Positions 1 through 10,839 of a stretch of 64,000 nt of DNA are shown here, piece after piece. Each line of letters starts with the position of its first letter. Position 1 is the stretch's first letter. Made by a program: the position numbers and the translations under genes. The DNA comes from Candidatus Deferrimicrobiaceae bacterium (GTDB lineage Bacteria; Desulfobacterota; Deferrimicrobia; Deferrimicrobiales; Deferrimicrobiaceae). A model generated the notes under the pieces. That model had not been told where the DNA came from. It did not search any database and saw nothing but the letters and a program-made list of their open reading frames with translations. The stretch lies in NCBI GenBank assembly GCA_963792415.1, contig CAWBVY010000006.1:1-64000 (forward strand), written 5' to 3'.

Positions 1-820
1 CTGTTCCACGAAGGGAACGAGAACCGGGGGATGAGCGCCTCGCGGAACCTTGGGATCCGGAACGCCCGCGGGAAATACATTTCGTACCTTGATGGAGATG
101 ATGTCTGGCTCTACAAAAACTCGAAGAAACAGGTCGCCATACTGGAATCGCATTGCGAAGCCGCCATGGTTTATGGCCCGCTGCAACGTTGGTTCAGTTG
201 GAACGGGCATCCTTCGGATCTTCCCCGTGAAGATCTTTTCGGGGCCGGAAGGAAAGGTGTGCACCCGCACCGGGACACATTGGTCACCCCTCCGACATTG
301 GCGAGACTTTTTCTGCTGGACGAATATTTCATCCCCGGCAGATCCCTGATCCGACGGGATGCGATCCGCAACGTCGGTATGTACGAGGAAGCGTTCCCGG
401 GAATGTAAATCAGGACACCGCGATGATGACCAAGATCTGCTTGGAGTTCCCCGCTCTCGTTTCCGGAAACCGTACAAGTACCGGATGCATCCCGAAGCAT
501 GTACATTTGTTACCTGCGCAACGGCCAGTCGGATACAGCTCTTCGGATTGATTGAAACTGGGTGGACAAGTATCTCAATGAAAAAGGAATCCGGGACACG
601 ACAAGGGTGCGGGGTGCATTGCAGGGGCCCAATGGCGGTGTCGCCATGCGGGTTGTATCGCTTGAGAGACATGCATTACCTCAAATGGCGGGCAAAGAAG
701 TTGCTGAAATCGATGGCCCGACAGTCATTGCCGGAATCCTCCCGTCGATGGCTCAGGTTGAACTGGACAGGTGCCGAAACTGAACAGGAATCTGGCATAG
801 ACCGTGGTTTCCCTATGTAA
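1..820 (+). pseudogene. GT2 glycosyltransferase, 5' partial, frameshifted
   Basis: NRGMSASRNLGIRNARGKYISYLDGDDVW (GT-A, DxD). The continuation is split across frames (YEEAFPGM / YKYRMHPEAC / WRAKKLLK). Paralog of the GT2 at 6788. Confidence 0.75.
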
Positions 821-885
821 ATGAAAGGTAAATAATCGGTTTATTTCAGTAAAGTAATCTCCGGACCCTTCCGATAACAATACTA

Positions 886-2073
886 ATGAACACGTTGACA
901 CCCATAGTTCGACTGCCACCAACCCTCGGTCCTGTATTCGCTCAGTTCGACCACCTCCGGAGGATGCGAGAAGCAGATGCTCTTTCTCGCCGGAAATGGT
1001 CGAGAGGGAGACAGGTCACGCTCGCGGTCCCCGCGGTTCCGGATGTGGACTCTCTCGCCACGGAACTCCGAAGGGGTCGGGATCCATGTGGTGCGCATCC
1101 CCGGATTGGCAGCGGATTCCGTCCGATTGGGTGAAGAGAAGGCATTCCCTCTGGTGGTTACATGGCTTCCACCCAGGTAATCCACATCCCCCTCCAGTGG
1201 CCCTATCGGAATCTTCTCTCCCTTTTCACTGCCTGTATGTGCCGGGTGAAATATATCGTCCAGTTCCATTTGGTTCCGCCGCCATCCACTTTTTTCCCGG
1301 AGCGGATCCTTCTTGCCGATTGGCGGAACGACTCATCCGGTCAGCGGGTTTCCTGCCACCGTCTCCGAGGGAAACCGGCGGAAGTTGCTGCAGACATTCC
1401 GATTGGATCCAAGGAGCATCAAGGTCGTTGTCAACGGGTTGGAATTCGACGAGATGCTCCGCGTGCCCGGATGCGGACGTGGCACGCCTTCGGGAAAAAA
1501 TGAATGCGGCAAACAAGCCGATCGTTGCGGTGGTGGCCCGCCTGGCCCGGCAAAGTATCTACGACACCCTCATTAACGCAGCGCCGGCGATCCTGGAAGC
1601 GCATCCAGGAACGGTTTTCGCGATTGCCGGCGACGGTCCGTTACGGGAGAAGCTCGAACGGAAGGCCGCGGAACTCGGTGTGGAAGCGTCCTTCCGATTT
1701 CTTGGCCATTTCAAGGAAATGGCGTTGTCTTCATGCTGCGGACGTTTTTGTGCTCCCCACTCGTTATGAAGGCTTCCCGCTGACCGTGATGGAGGCGATG
1801 GCCGCCGGCAAGGGGATCGTCGTATCCGGGGTCGATGGCGTGGAAGATCTGGTGGAGCATGGACGAACCGGTTTGCTTGTAGAGGTAGGGGATCATCGCG
1901 ATATGGCAATGAAGATCGTCCGGTTGTTGTCGAATGCGGTTTGCGCTGCACGATGGGGACGGCGGCTGCAGAGAGCATACGAAGAATCTGCCGTGGGGTG
2001 GCCGACACCTGCAATCCGATATGGGGAGTTGGCTACCCATATCGTCCTTCAACGTGAGATGAAAAGGGGATGA
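886..2073 (+). pseudogene. GT4 glycosyltransferase, multiple frameshifts
   Basis: Fragments in different frames: SGGCEKQMLFLA, IAGDGPLREKLE, ADVFVLPTRYEGFPLTVMEAMAAGKGIVVSGVDGVEDLVEHGRTGLLV (GT-B C-terminal motif). Start approximate. Confidence 0.75.
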
Positions 2074-2113
2074 AATACCGTACCGCCGCTTTAAGCCGGA
2101 AAGGAGATGCCGG

Positions 2114-3428
2114 ATGCAAAATCGGGTAGTGGACCCGACGTTGAAGCGGAGCATGCTGCAGGGCGCGGGAATGGAGCCGGGAAGGTTCCCCGGATCCTTG
2201 TTGGGAGCACCCGCAGCAGAGGAAATGTGGGAGCAGGCCACTGAAAGTTGTCATGGTCGCGGCATGCCCGCTTCCCTCGCCACGGAACACCCATACGCAT
2301 TCTTCGCATGGCGGAGGCGCTGAGTGAAAGAGGTGACGTAATGTTCACATCGTTACCTATCACCTTGGAGGTTTGGAGGTGCACCCCTCGGTGAAAATGC
2401 ATCGTACGTTCCCATTGAGGTGGTACCGGGATGAAGCCCCGGGCCTACCTGGACCAAGCTACTTTTGACGGATCCACTGCTCGTGATGAAGTTTGCGGAT
2501 TATTAACGCGATTCTATCTGGACGTCGTCCATGCGCATCACTACGAGGGCCTCATCGTGGCGAAAATGGCCTTGGGACGGCGGATCCCTTTGATATACGA
2601 TGCCCACACGATGCTGGATTGCGGAGCCTCCCTTATACGGATTCGTCGGTTCCGCGTGGCTCAGCAGAAAAATCGGAGCCTGCATCGATCGCCGCTTGCC
2701 GCCGATGGCGGATCACATCATCGCCGTCACCCAGACGATCAGAGACCGATTCGTAAAGTCCGGGATTATCTCCTCCGATTCCATCACCGCGTGACCAACG
2801 GAGTCGAGCCGGAGATGTTCGGTGATCCCGATGCGATGCAGATACCCCAACGACTCCGGCCGGAACGTGATATTCACGGGAAACGTCGCAGCGTACCAAG
2901 GCCTGGATCTTCTGTTGAAGGCTTTTCGCACGGTGGTCGACCGACTGACCGATGCCAGGTTGGTCATCGCGACGGAGAAGGAGTTTTCCGCGTTCGAGAC
3001 GGTCGAAGCAGGCGTGTGAATCAGGAGTTCGCGAGAATGTCGATTTCATTGCCACAAACGGACTCAAACATCTACGGGAACTTCTGTCCCGCGCTGACGT
3101 GGCGGTGAATCGAATGAATGCGATGGAATCCCGCAGAAACTGCTGAACTACATGGCCGCCGGGAAGGCGGTGGTATCTTTCGAGGGGTCGGCATCCATAA
3201 TCCGTAATGGGGTCACAGGGATCACCGTCCCGAACGGGGAATGTCGTTGGCTTTGGTGAAAATATCATCAATTTATTCAAGAACAACGTGCTACGTCGAC
3301 AATTGGGGGAAAACGCCCGAGAGTACATCAAGGAGAATCTGAGTTGGGACAAGGTCGCCATGTCGGTGGAGAAGATCAACTTCGACATCATCACCGATCT
3401 TTCATCGGCCGTTCGGCTCAAGGCGTAG
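2114..3428 (+). pseudogene. GT4 glycosyltransferase, multiple frameshifts
   Basis: Fragments RPLKVVMVAACP...GTPIRILRMAEAL, DVVHAHHYEG, FTGNVAAYQGLDLLL, KLLNYMAAGKAVV, LGENAREYIKENLSWDKV. Start approximate. Confidence 0.72.
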
Positions 3429-3441
3429 AAGCCGAGTTAAT

Positions 3442-4501
3442 ATGGCCAATATACTGTTCATCTCGGGAATCTGAATTCCGCGAAGGGCGCGGAAATCAGG
3501 ATTCTTGAACTGGTGAAAGGACTCGGCAGGGAGCATCGCGTCATCGCCGTCAACTTCGACGACGGAAAACGGGCCGGCAATCCGCTGGAACAGCTTGACG
3601 AACTCGGCGTGACCCTTCTCAACATCCGGATCCGGCATCCGGCCGAGAAGCTGTTCTGCGCCGTATTGGTATTGCCGCCGGGTTTTTGCAAACAGAATGT
3701 GGATGCCATCATCTGCTCCCACGTGCGCTGGCCCGTACCTTGCGCCTTGGCGCTTGCCAGGATGTCCGGATTGCCCCTGTTCTTCGATGACCATAACGTC
3801 GAGCACGATCTCTTCGGCAGCAAGGACGACGGCTTGCTTCCGCATTGGTCAAGCGGCTGGAGTCCAACGTTTTGCGGCGCGCGACCCTTACATTCGCGGT
3901 CTCGGAAGTCGACAGGGTCCTTCTGGGCGCCCTGGGCCGGGCGATCGAGGTGTTGCCCAACGGGACATCTTTGCCCCCGCCCGATGTGGAAGTTCTATCG
4001 CTAATGCCCCGTCGTTCTGTTTTTCGGAGCCTTGGATATGAACCGAATCGCGAGGCGGTGAAAATCATTACGGAACGGATCGCACCCTCCGTTGCCCGCA
4101 GGATACTGGAAGTGGAATTCCGCATCGTCGGGAGACCCGCGCCGAAGATCCGGGTACCGAACGTCACCGTCGTCGGTTTTGTCGAGCGCATCGAGGACGA
4201 ACTGGATCGCGCCGTCCGATGATCGTCCCGCTTCTGCACGGCAGCGGCGGAACCCGCATCAAGATCATGGATTCGCTTGCGCGACATCGCCCTGTCCTGT
4301 CGACTCCGAAAGGTGAAGGTATTGACCGATTTCGAAAGTCTGAAGATCGAATCCCTGGCAACCGTTTCCCAGACACGATCGTCGAGCACTCTCCGGCGTT
4401 GGAAGGAGGGCGAAACTTTATTCAGCGATCGCGATCGTCAAGCGATCCTGCGCCACTCCTGGGGCGATATCGCCAAGACGCTCGACAACGATTTCCCGTG
4501 A
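3442..4501 (+). pseudogene. GT4 glycosyltransferase, multiple frameshifts
   Basis: Fragments MANILFISG, DDHNVEHD, GYEPNREAV, VPLLHGSGGTRIKIMDSLA, HSWGDIA. Confidence 0.7.
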
Positions 4502-4614
4502 AATCGTACGGGAACAGAGCCGCATGGCCGCGGTCCATGCTCAAACGAATGCATAGCATCCCTTCCCCGGATACGCTTCTCACAAGAGGGGAGGTCGATA
4601 ATATCGGGGCTACC

Positions 4615-5449
4615 ATGCCAAGTGGCGATACGCAGGAATTGGTGATCGAGGCCGGTAGAACCGAACGCCTGTACTGGAAAGATATCTGGCATTACCGCGA
4701 GCTTTTCTACTTTCTTGTGTGGCGAGATGTGCTCGTCCGTTACAAACAAACCACGCTGGGAATCGCATGGGCATTGATACGGCCTTTATTGACGATGCTG
4801 GTGTTGACGCTTGTGTTCGGCAAACTGGCAAAGTTGCCCTCCGAAGGAGCCCCCTATCCGATTCTGGTTTTTGCGGCGACGTTGCCCTGGCAGTTCTTTG
4901 CCAACGCCTTGTCGGAAGGCAGTAACAGCCTTCTTGCCAATACCGAGCTAATATCAAAAATCTACTTTCCGCGCCTGATCATACCGACAAGTTCGGCGAT
5001 TGTAAGTTTTGTGGACTTCCTGCTCTCGCCGCGATTCTGGTCGCTCTGATGTTCTGGTATGGTGTCGCGCCCACCTGGCCGTACTGCTGACGTTGCCGTT
5101 TCTTGTTTTAGTGGCTTTTGCCGCTGCGGTAGGAGCGGGAGTATGGTTCGCGGCCATCAATGTGAAGTATCGGGATGTCCGTTACATCGTCCCATTCATT
5201 GTGCAATTCGGTCTCTACGTCTCCCCCGTCGGTTTCAGCAGCGTTATCGTGCCCGGGAAGTGGCGTTTCCTGTACTCCTTGAATCCCATGGTCGGGATCA
5301 TCGATGGTTTTCGCTGGGCCATTCTGGGAGGCGAAGCCACGATTTATTGGCCTGGGTTTCTCCTGTCCCTGGGGTTGGTCATCGCCTTGCTCTTCAGCGG
5401 TGTTTGGTATTTCCGCACGACGGAACGCACGTTCGCAGACTTCATTTAA
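4615..5449 (+). CDS. wzm: ABC-2 polysaccharide export permease (Wzm/RfbA-type), one frameshift near 5025
   Basis: YRELFYFLVWRDVLVRYKQTTLGIAWALIRP ... SKIYFPR, then in another frame NVKYRDVRYIVPF ... LNPMVGIIDGFRWAILG ... ERTFADFI. Confidence 0.88.
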
Positions 5450-5463
5450 CGAAAAGGAAGTGG

Positions 5464-6742
5464 ATGTCGAAACCAGTGATTCGCATAGAGAACGTCGGGA
5501 AGCGATACATGATCTCCCATCAGGGATCCAGGAAACAACACCCTGAGGGATGCGATCACCAGCGGAGTCCGGTCGTTGGGCAGCAGAGTGCTTCAGTCGA
5601 ACCGTGATATCGCTTTGGACACAAAGAGGGAGGAATTCTGGGCTTTGCAAGGTGTTTCGCTGGACGTCGAACGGGGACAGGTCGTCGGGATCATCGGTCG
5701 GAACGGTGCCGGAAATCCACATTGCTGAAAGTGTTAAGCCGCATAACGGAGCCGACCACGGGGCGGATTGCGATCCAGGGACGCGTGGCGAGTCTGCTCG
5801 GAAGTCGGGACGGGGTTTCACTCGGAGTTGACCGGTCGGGAGAACATCTTTTTCAACGGGTCGGTATTGGGCATGCGCAAGGCGGAGATAAAAAGGAAAT
5901 TCGATGAAATAGTCGCGTTTTCGGAGGCGGAAAAATTCCTCGATACACCGGTAAAACGATATTCTTCGGGAATGTACGTCAGGCTGGCCTTTGCGGTGGC
6001 AGCCCACCTTGAGCCGGACATCCTGGTCATCGATGAAGTGCTCGCGGTCGGAGATGCAGCATTTCAAAAAAAATGTCTGGGCAGGATCGGGGATATCGCC
6101 TCCAGGGAGGGTCGGACGATCTTGTTTGTAAGCCACAACATGGGATCCATACAATCCCTGTGCGATAAAACAATTTGGTTGAATGCAGGCAAAGTGGTGG
6201 AGAACGGTGCAACTTCACAAGTCGTGCAGAGTTACCTTCAATCTTCCACTCCGGAAGAGTCTTGTTCCCTTGATCAGCGGCAGGATCGTACCGGAACCGG
6301 TGAGGCAAGGATAACATCCGTGCGTGTGGAGAGTGTCGATTCGGGCAAGGTGATCTATTCGGGGAGTCGCCTGAAAATCACCATCGGATATCGTAGCAAT
6401 AAAGAAATCCTTTTCCCTTCCTTCTGGATCGATATTTTCGATTACACGAGCAATTCCGGATTGTTTCGCATGACCAGCCAATGGGCGGAAAGCCTTCCGG
6501 ATTCGTTGCCGCCGGAAGGGTATGTGACTTGCGTAACTGAGCCGATTCGTTTGACTCCGGGGCGATGCCATCTGAGTCTCTGCCTAAAGAAAGGATCGGG
6601 CACTGCGGACTATATTCGATACGCCGCGGTTTTCAATGTGGAAGACGACAACTTCGAGGGATCGGGGAACGTCCCGTCCCGAAACTGGATGTTGACGGTG
6701 ATCAAGCAACAATGGACCGTTGGGACGGGTGATACAACTTGA
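5464..6742 (+). CDS. wzt: ABC polysaccharide export ATPase with C-terminal Wzt_C domain, frameshifted in the 5' part
   Basis: MSKPVIRIENVGKRY; FWALQGVS; GRNGAGK Walker A; YSSGMYVRLAF signature; ILVIDEVLAVGD Walker B; VSH; C-terminal domain starting RTGTGEARITSV. Confidence 0.88.
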
Positions 6743-6787
6743 GAAAACCGTCGCTTTTCCGAATCCCGCCATTCCTGTCGATGTGAG

Positions 6788-8551
6788 TTGGCCCCGTTGA
6801 CGAATCGCCCGCTCATCTCCGTCATCATGATATTTCTCAACGAAGAGAAATTCATCCGGGATGCAATCCAAAGCGTATTGGACCAGACGTATGAAAACCT
6901 GGAGTTGATCTTGGTGGATGACGGCTCCGTCGACGGCAGTACGACCATTGCAAAGCACTATGCGCAGCAGCATCGGGATAAAATACATTATCTCGAACAT
7001 CCTGAGCACGCGAACCGGGGCATGAGCGCTTCCCGCAATCTGGGGATAGACAACGCCAGAGGAGCGTTCCTTACCTTTATCGATGCCGATGATGTTGTCT
7101 GCCCGCAAAAACTCGAACGGCAGGTAATGATCCTGGGCTCCCATCCGGATGCCGCAATGGTCTGCGGACGTGCCAAGTGGTGGTACGGTTGGACAGGGAA
7201 ACCGGAGGATGCAGCCCGGGATTTCGTGCAGGTTCTCGATGTGAATCTGGATACCGTCGCGCAACCGCCTACCTTGCTGACCCTCTTCCTGCAGGACGAA
7301 TGGGCGTCGCTTTGCGACCTATTGGTTCGCAAGGAAGCGGTGAAAGCCGTCAATGGATATGAAGACTCCTTCCATGGCATGTACGAGGATCAGGCGTTTC
7401 ATGCCAAGTTGTGTCTCGCCTTTCCAGCATATGTGGCAAGCGATAGCTGGTATCTCTATCGACAGCATCCGCAGGCATGCAGTTCGGTTTCCCATGAAAC
7501 AGGCCGATATGCCCATGCACGACAGAGATTTCTAATATGGCTCGAGGAATATTTTGTCGAGCAGGGAGTCGGTGATGTCCAATTACGGGAGATACTGCGG
7601 CGGGAAATATGGAGGATTCGACATCCCTTCCTGCGCGGTATGTTGCGCCGGTTCAGACATATTGCATTCGTACTGAAGAATTGGGGCGGACAGAACGCGT
7701 ATCGAGCGATATTTTCCACACCTGATCCGGAATACGGAATCCATGGCGTAAATAAAGTGTCGATAAAAACCGCATCTGCTCAAGATATCAAGATGAAGGT
7801 TCTGCCACATACCGCGAACCGGTCAACCGAGTTACTTATTGAGGTCGACAAGTTTGTTGCAACGATCGTAGAGAAGAACCCACAGATCATCGGAATACTT
7901 CTTTCAGGTGGCCTGGCACGAGGGTTTGCCGACCATTTCTCCGATATCGACATCGAGATTTTCCATCCTCGTGGTTTTTCAAAGTTGATACTTCCGGAAA
8001 GTCCGCGGGGCAGTCATTGGACACCTCAGGGGAATGAAATTGAGATCGAGAAATCCTGCTTCGAAGACCACTTGGACCCGCAAAACGACGAGATGTTATG
8101 GAGTATGTCGAATCGTTGGGATAAAGTTCATGCAAATATCCTCTACGATCCCAAAGGCCATATCGCGAATCTCTTGAAGTCAAAAGTTGTCTTTCGGCCT
8201 GGCGAATGGGAAATATTGCACAAACTCGCCGGCACGAGTCCGCAATGGCTGGCTACAAATGTTGCCAATAGTTGGGTGGAAAGAGGGGATATCGCCGCGG
8301 CGCACCATGTGCTGAATTGCGCCATCAGTTTGCTGCTGGACTATCTTTTCCTGAGTAATCAACAGTTCATTCCACCGGATAAATGGAAATTATTTTATTC
8401 CAAACAGCTTGAACTGCTGCCGGAGAACTTCGAGCAACGCATACATCAATCCCTGCTGGTTGGGGGATTTACCGGATTGGAGTTGCACCGCAGGCAATCG
8501 GTTTTCATTCCACTGGTATCGGATGCACAGAATCTGCAGAAGAAGGCGTAA
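6788..8551 (+). CDS. GT2 glycosyltransferase fused to a pol-beta-type nucleotidyltransferase (DUF4037-like) domain
   Basis: N-terminus PLISVIMIFLNEE...VDDGSVD...GMSASRNLGI...FIDADD. C-terminal half GILLSGGLARGFADHFSDIDIEIF (G[SG]-x9-13-DxD NTase motif), then ILYDPKG and FIPPDKW. Confidence 0.75.
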   Translation: MAPLTNRPLISVIMIFLNEEKFIRDAIQSVLDQTYENLELILVDDGSVDGSTTIAKHYAQQHRDKIHYLEHPEHANRGMSASRNLGIDNARGAFLTFIDADDVVCPQKLERQVMILGSHPDAAMVCGRAKWWYGWTGKPEDAARDFVQVLDVNLDTVAQPPTLLTLFLQDEWASLCDLLVRKEAVKAVNGYEDSFHGMYEDQAFHAKLCLAFPAYVASDSWYLYRQHPQACSSVSHETGRYAHARQRFLIWLEEYFVEQGVGDVQLREILRREIWRIRHPFLRGMLRRFRHIAFVLKNWGGQNAYRAIFSTPDPEYGIHGVNKVSIKTASAQDIKMKVLPHTANRSTELLIEVDKFVATIVEKNPQIIGILLSGGLARGFADHFSDIDIEIFHPRGFSKLILPESPRGSHWTPQGNEIEIEKSCFEDHLDPQNDEMLWSMSNRWDKVHANILYDPKGHIANLLKSKVVFRPGEWEILHKLAGTSPQWLATNVANSWVERGDIAAAHHVLNCAISLLLDYLFLSNQQFIPPDKWKLFYSKQLELLPENFEQRIHQSLLVGGFTGLELHRRQSVFIPLVSDAQNLQKKA

Positions 8552-8607
8552 CCCCGGGCGTGTTGGGCCGTGAAGAAAACAAATTATTCTAAAAGGGGAG
8601 ATGCAGG

Positions 8608-10149
8608 TTGAAAGGTGCGTTGGCGGAAAACGCTTCACCCGAATCCCGGTCAGACCCGGCATTCCCGTTGTGTTGCTGGATCATACTAACCGCCGCCGCG
8701 CTCGTCAGCATTTATGCGGCGCTGGAGTATCGCGTCCTGTACGCGGATGGGGCCTACTATGTCCAGCGCATCCTGGAAGAGGAAGGATTTGCCTTCATCG
8801 AACCATCTCGCCACTATTCTCAATTATTGCAAAAATTCCCAACGGTTATCGCAATTTGGCTAGGTGTCGACAATATTCCTGCCTTGATAATCTGCTACGG
8901 CCTGACCACCTACCTCCTTCCCTTGCTTTTGGTATCCCTCTGTTATTTCGTTTTGCCTCCTTCCAGAAAAGTGTTTTTCGTTTTCCCTCTCGTCCATTAC
9001 CTGGCAGGAACGACGAGCGCTTCCTTCGTTGGAATCGTGGAGGGGCCGGTGGCGGCAGCCTATTTCTGGTTGCTCTTGTACCTTCTGCTCTTCCGCTTTG
9101 AGCGGAAAGCGGCGATGGTATTGACGCTATTGGCCCTTCCCGCGGTCTTGCTGCACGAAGCGATGGTATTTCTATCTCCGCTTTTGGCTGCGGTGGCGGT
9201 TTGGCGTGCCCGCCAGGAACGTCATAAGGGCGGTGTTCCCCTGTTCACGCTTCTGGCCATGTGGTTCATGATTGTCGCTGTGGTTCAAACCTACTTTATC
9301 CTCTACCCGCGCGACCCGGGGAATCGTTCCCACTTCATCCAGGATCTCGTTCATCTGAAATGGCTCTTTACAACGTCCGCCCAGGTGAATGTTCCGGCCC
9401 TCGTGGGGTTGTTGGCAATGGTTGTCTTCACCGGAGTGATTCTCGCTGGACGGTCGCTTCGGGGAACGAAACCGGCGAAGAATCAATGGACGCTGGTGGT
9501 TGGATTCGCGATGGTCTCGCTACCGATGGTTGCGGTCGCAATCGTCTCGGGAAAATTCATTTCACCCGGAATGCAATTCTCTGCGCGCAATCATGCGGCA
9601 ATGATCTCGTTCCCCCTCGCGCTCTGGGCGATACGATCCTCACAGGACCCCCAGGCGCCGATTTACCCTCGGATCAATCGACAGGCGATCAGTGTCATCT
9701 CCATCCTGGCGGCGACCGTCTTGCTGTGGCACGTGGTGGCAACACTCCGTTGGTCTGCATATCTTCTCGATTTCCGATCGATTCTGGCGGGTGACCGCGG
9801 TCTGGTTTCATGGACGGAGGCGTGTGAAAGCCTGCCGGACGGGCGAAGAAGCAATTTCAAAAACATGTCATGGGCATGGACGAATCCGAGTTTGAGTTAT
9901 CTCTTGTCGCCTCAAGGCCGTGTAAAGACGATAATCGCCAATCCTGACCGTGGCGGTGCGTGGGTCCCTTTCGATCCGAACAATCCCCAGGATTTACCCC
10001 GCAGCCGGTTTTTTGATAGCGGTCCCTATAGGGAAACGATGGAGACGGTCAAAAAACCATCGAGGTCGAGCGGAAACGATCGGGAAGCGCCATGGTCTCA
10101 AGATCGCCTGTGTAATAGAGGTGGCCCATCGCATGGGAAATGTATGTAA
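8608..10149 (+). CDS. Polytopic membrane protein, possibly a GT-C-like glycan transferase or modifier
   Basis: About 11-12 hydrophobic segments, an acidic first loop (YADGAYY), a soluble C-terminal domain, and position in a glycan locus. Function is inferred only. Confidence 0.55.
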   Translation: MKGALAENASPESRSDPAFPLCCWIILTAAALVSIYAALEYRVLYADGAYYVQRILEEEGFAFIEPSRHYSQLLQKFPTVIAIWLGVDNIPALIICYGLTTYLLPLLLVSLCYFVLPPSRKVFFVFPLVHYLAGTTSASFVGIVEGPVAAAYFWLLLYLLLFRFERKAAMVLTLLALPAVLLHEAMVFLSPLLAAVAVWRARQERHKGGVPLFTLLAMWFMIVAVVQTYFILYPRDPGNRSHFIQDLVHLKWLFTTSAQVNVPALVGLLAMVVFTGVILAGRSLRGTKPAKNQWTLVVGFAMVSLPMVAVAIVSGKFISPGMQFSARNHAAMISFPLALWAIRSSQDPQAPIYPRINRQAISVISILAATVLLWHVVATLRWSAYLLDFRSILAGDRGLVSWTEACESLPDGRRSNFKNMSWAWTNPSLSYLLSPQGRVKTIIANPDRGGAWVPFDPNNPQDLPRSRFFDSGPYRETMETVKKPSRSSGNDREAPWSQDRLCNRGGPSHGKCM

Positions 10150-10278
10150 TTTCGGAATACCCCGGGTTGCCAACCTCCCGGTCGACAGCCGCTGTTTTTT
10201 CTTCCGGGTCCACATTGGAATTACAATATCGAAATAATGATTTCGCGATCGGGATTTCAGGCCGGGAAAATTCTTGCA

Positions 10279-10291
10279 TAACTGCTTGAAA
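10279..10291 (-). promoter_or_regulatory. Putative IHF site upstream of a sigma54 promoter
   Basis: Minus strand TTTCAAGCAGTTA vs consensus WATCAANNNNTTR (1 mismatch), 18 bp upstream of the -24 box. Confidence 0.45.
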
Positions 10292-10308
10292 ACGTTAACG
10301 TCCAATTC

Positions 10309-10323
10309 TGGCATGCCTGTTGC
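10309..10323 (+). promoter_or_regulatory. sigma54 (-24/-12) promoter
   Basis: TGGCATGCCTGTTGC vs TGGCACG-N4-TTGC, 30 bp upstream of ATG 10353. Confidence 0.75.
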
Positions 10324-10352
10324 GATCCTTCCGGTCTAAAGGGGGGTCGCGT

Positions 10353-10782
10353 ATGTCTACCGGTTTCCGAAGGGTAATATTTCTTGCGCTGATCGCAGCA
10401 ATGGCAACTTTCGGATGTGGTGGGGGAGGTTCCTCCTCCGATTCCGGAACCACCTCCCGCCACCGGAACCGCGCTCCCCGCGAGGACGTTGAGCTGGGAA
10501 CCTCCGACTTCCTATGTCGATGCGACGTCCATGGACCCCGTCACCGAACTGGATCGGTTCGAAATCCACGTGAATGAGACGGGCACCTTCACCGACACGG
10601 ATCCACCGATGGCGGCCGTCAGCGCGGTGGACCCGGCAACCCACACCCTCACCACCTCCTTCAACCTGGCCAACCTCAGCCCTCACGTGACCACGGGACC
10701 GAAATATTACGTGTCCCTGCGCGCCGTCGCACTCACGGGGCTGAAATCGGATTACTCCCCCCCGGTTTCTTTTTCCTTCTGA
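10353..10782 (+). CDS. Secreted lipoprotein with FN3-like beta domain, frameshift near 10458
   Basis: MSTGFRRVIFLALIAAMATFGC (lipobox) then GGGGSSS linker. Continues in another frame as TLSWEPPTSYVD...KYYVSLRAVALTGLKSDYSPPVS (FN3-type W and Y-x-V-x-A-V...S-x-Y-S pattern). Confidence 0.65.
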
Positions 10783-10839
10783 TTGCCCCTTTCCGCCCCG
10801 TCGCGTAGAATTCCCTTGTTGCAAGAGGGGGTGTGGGGC

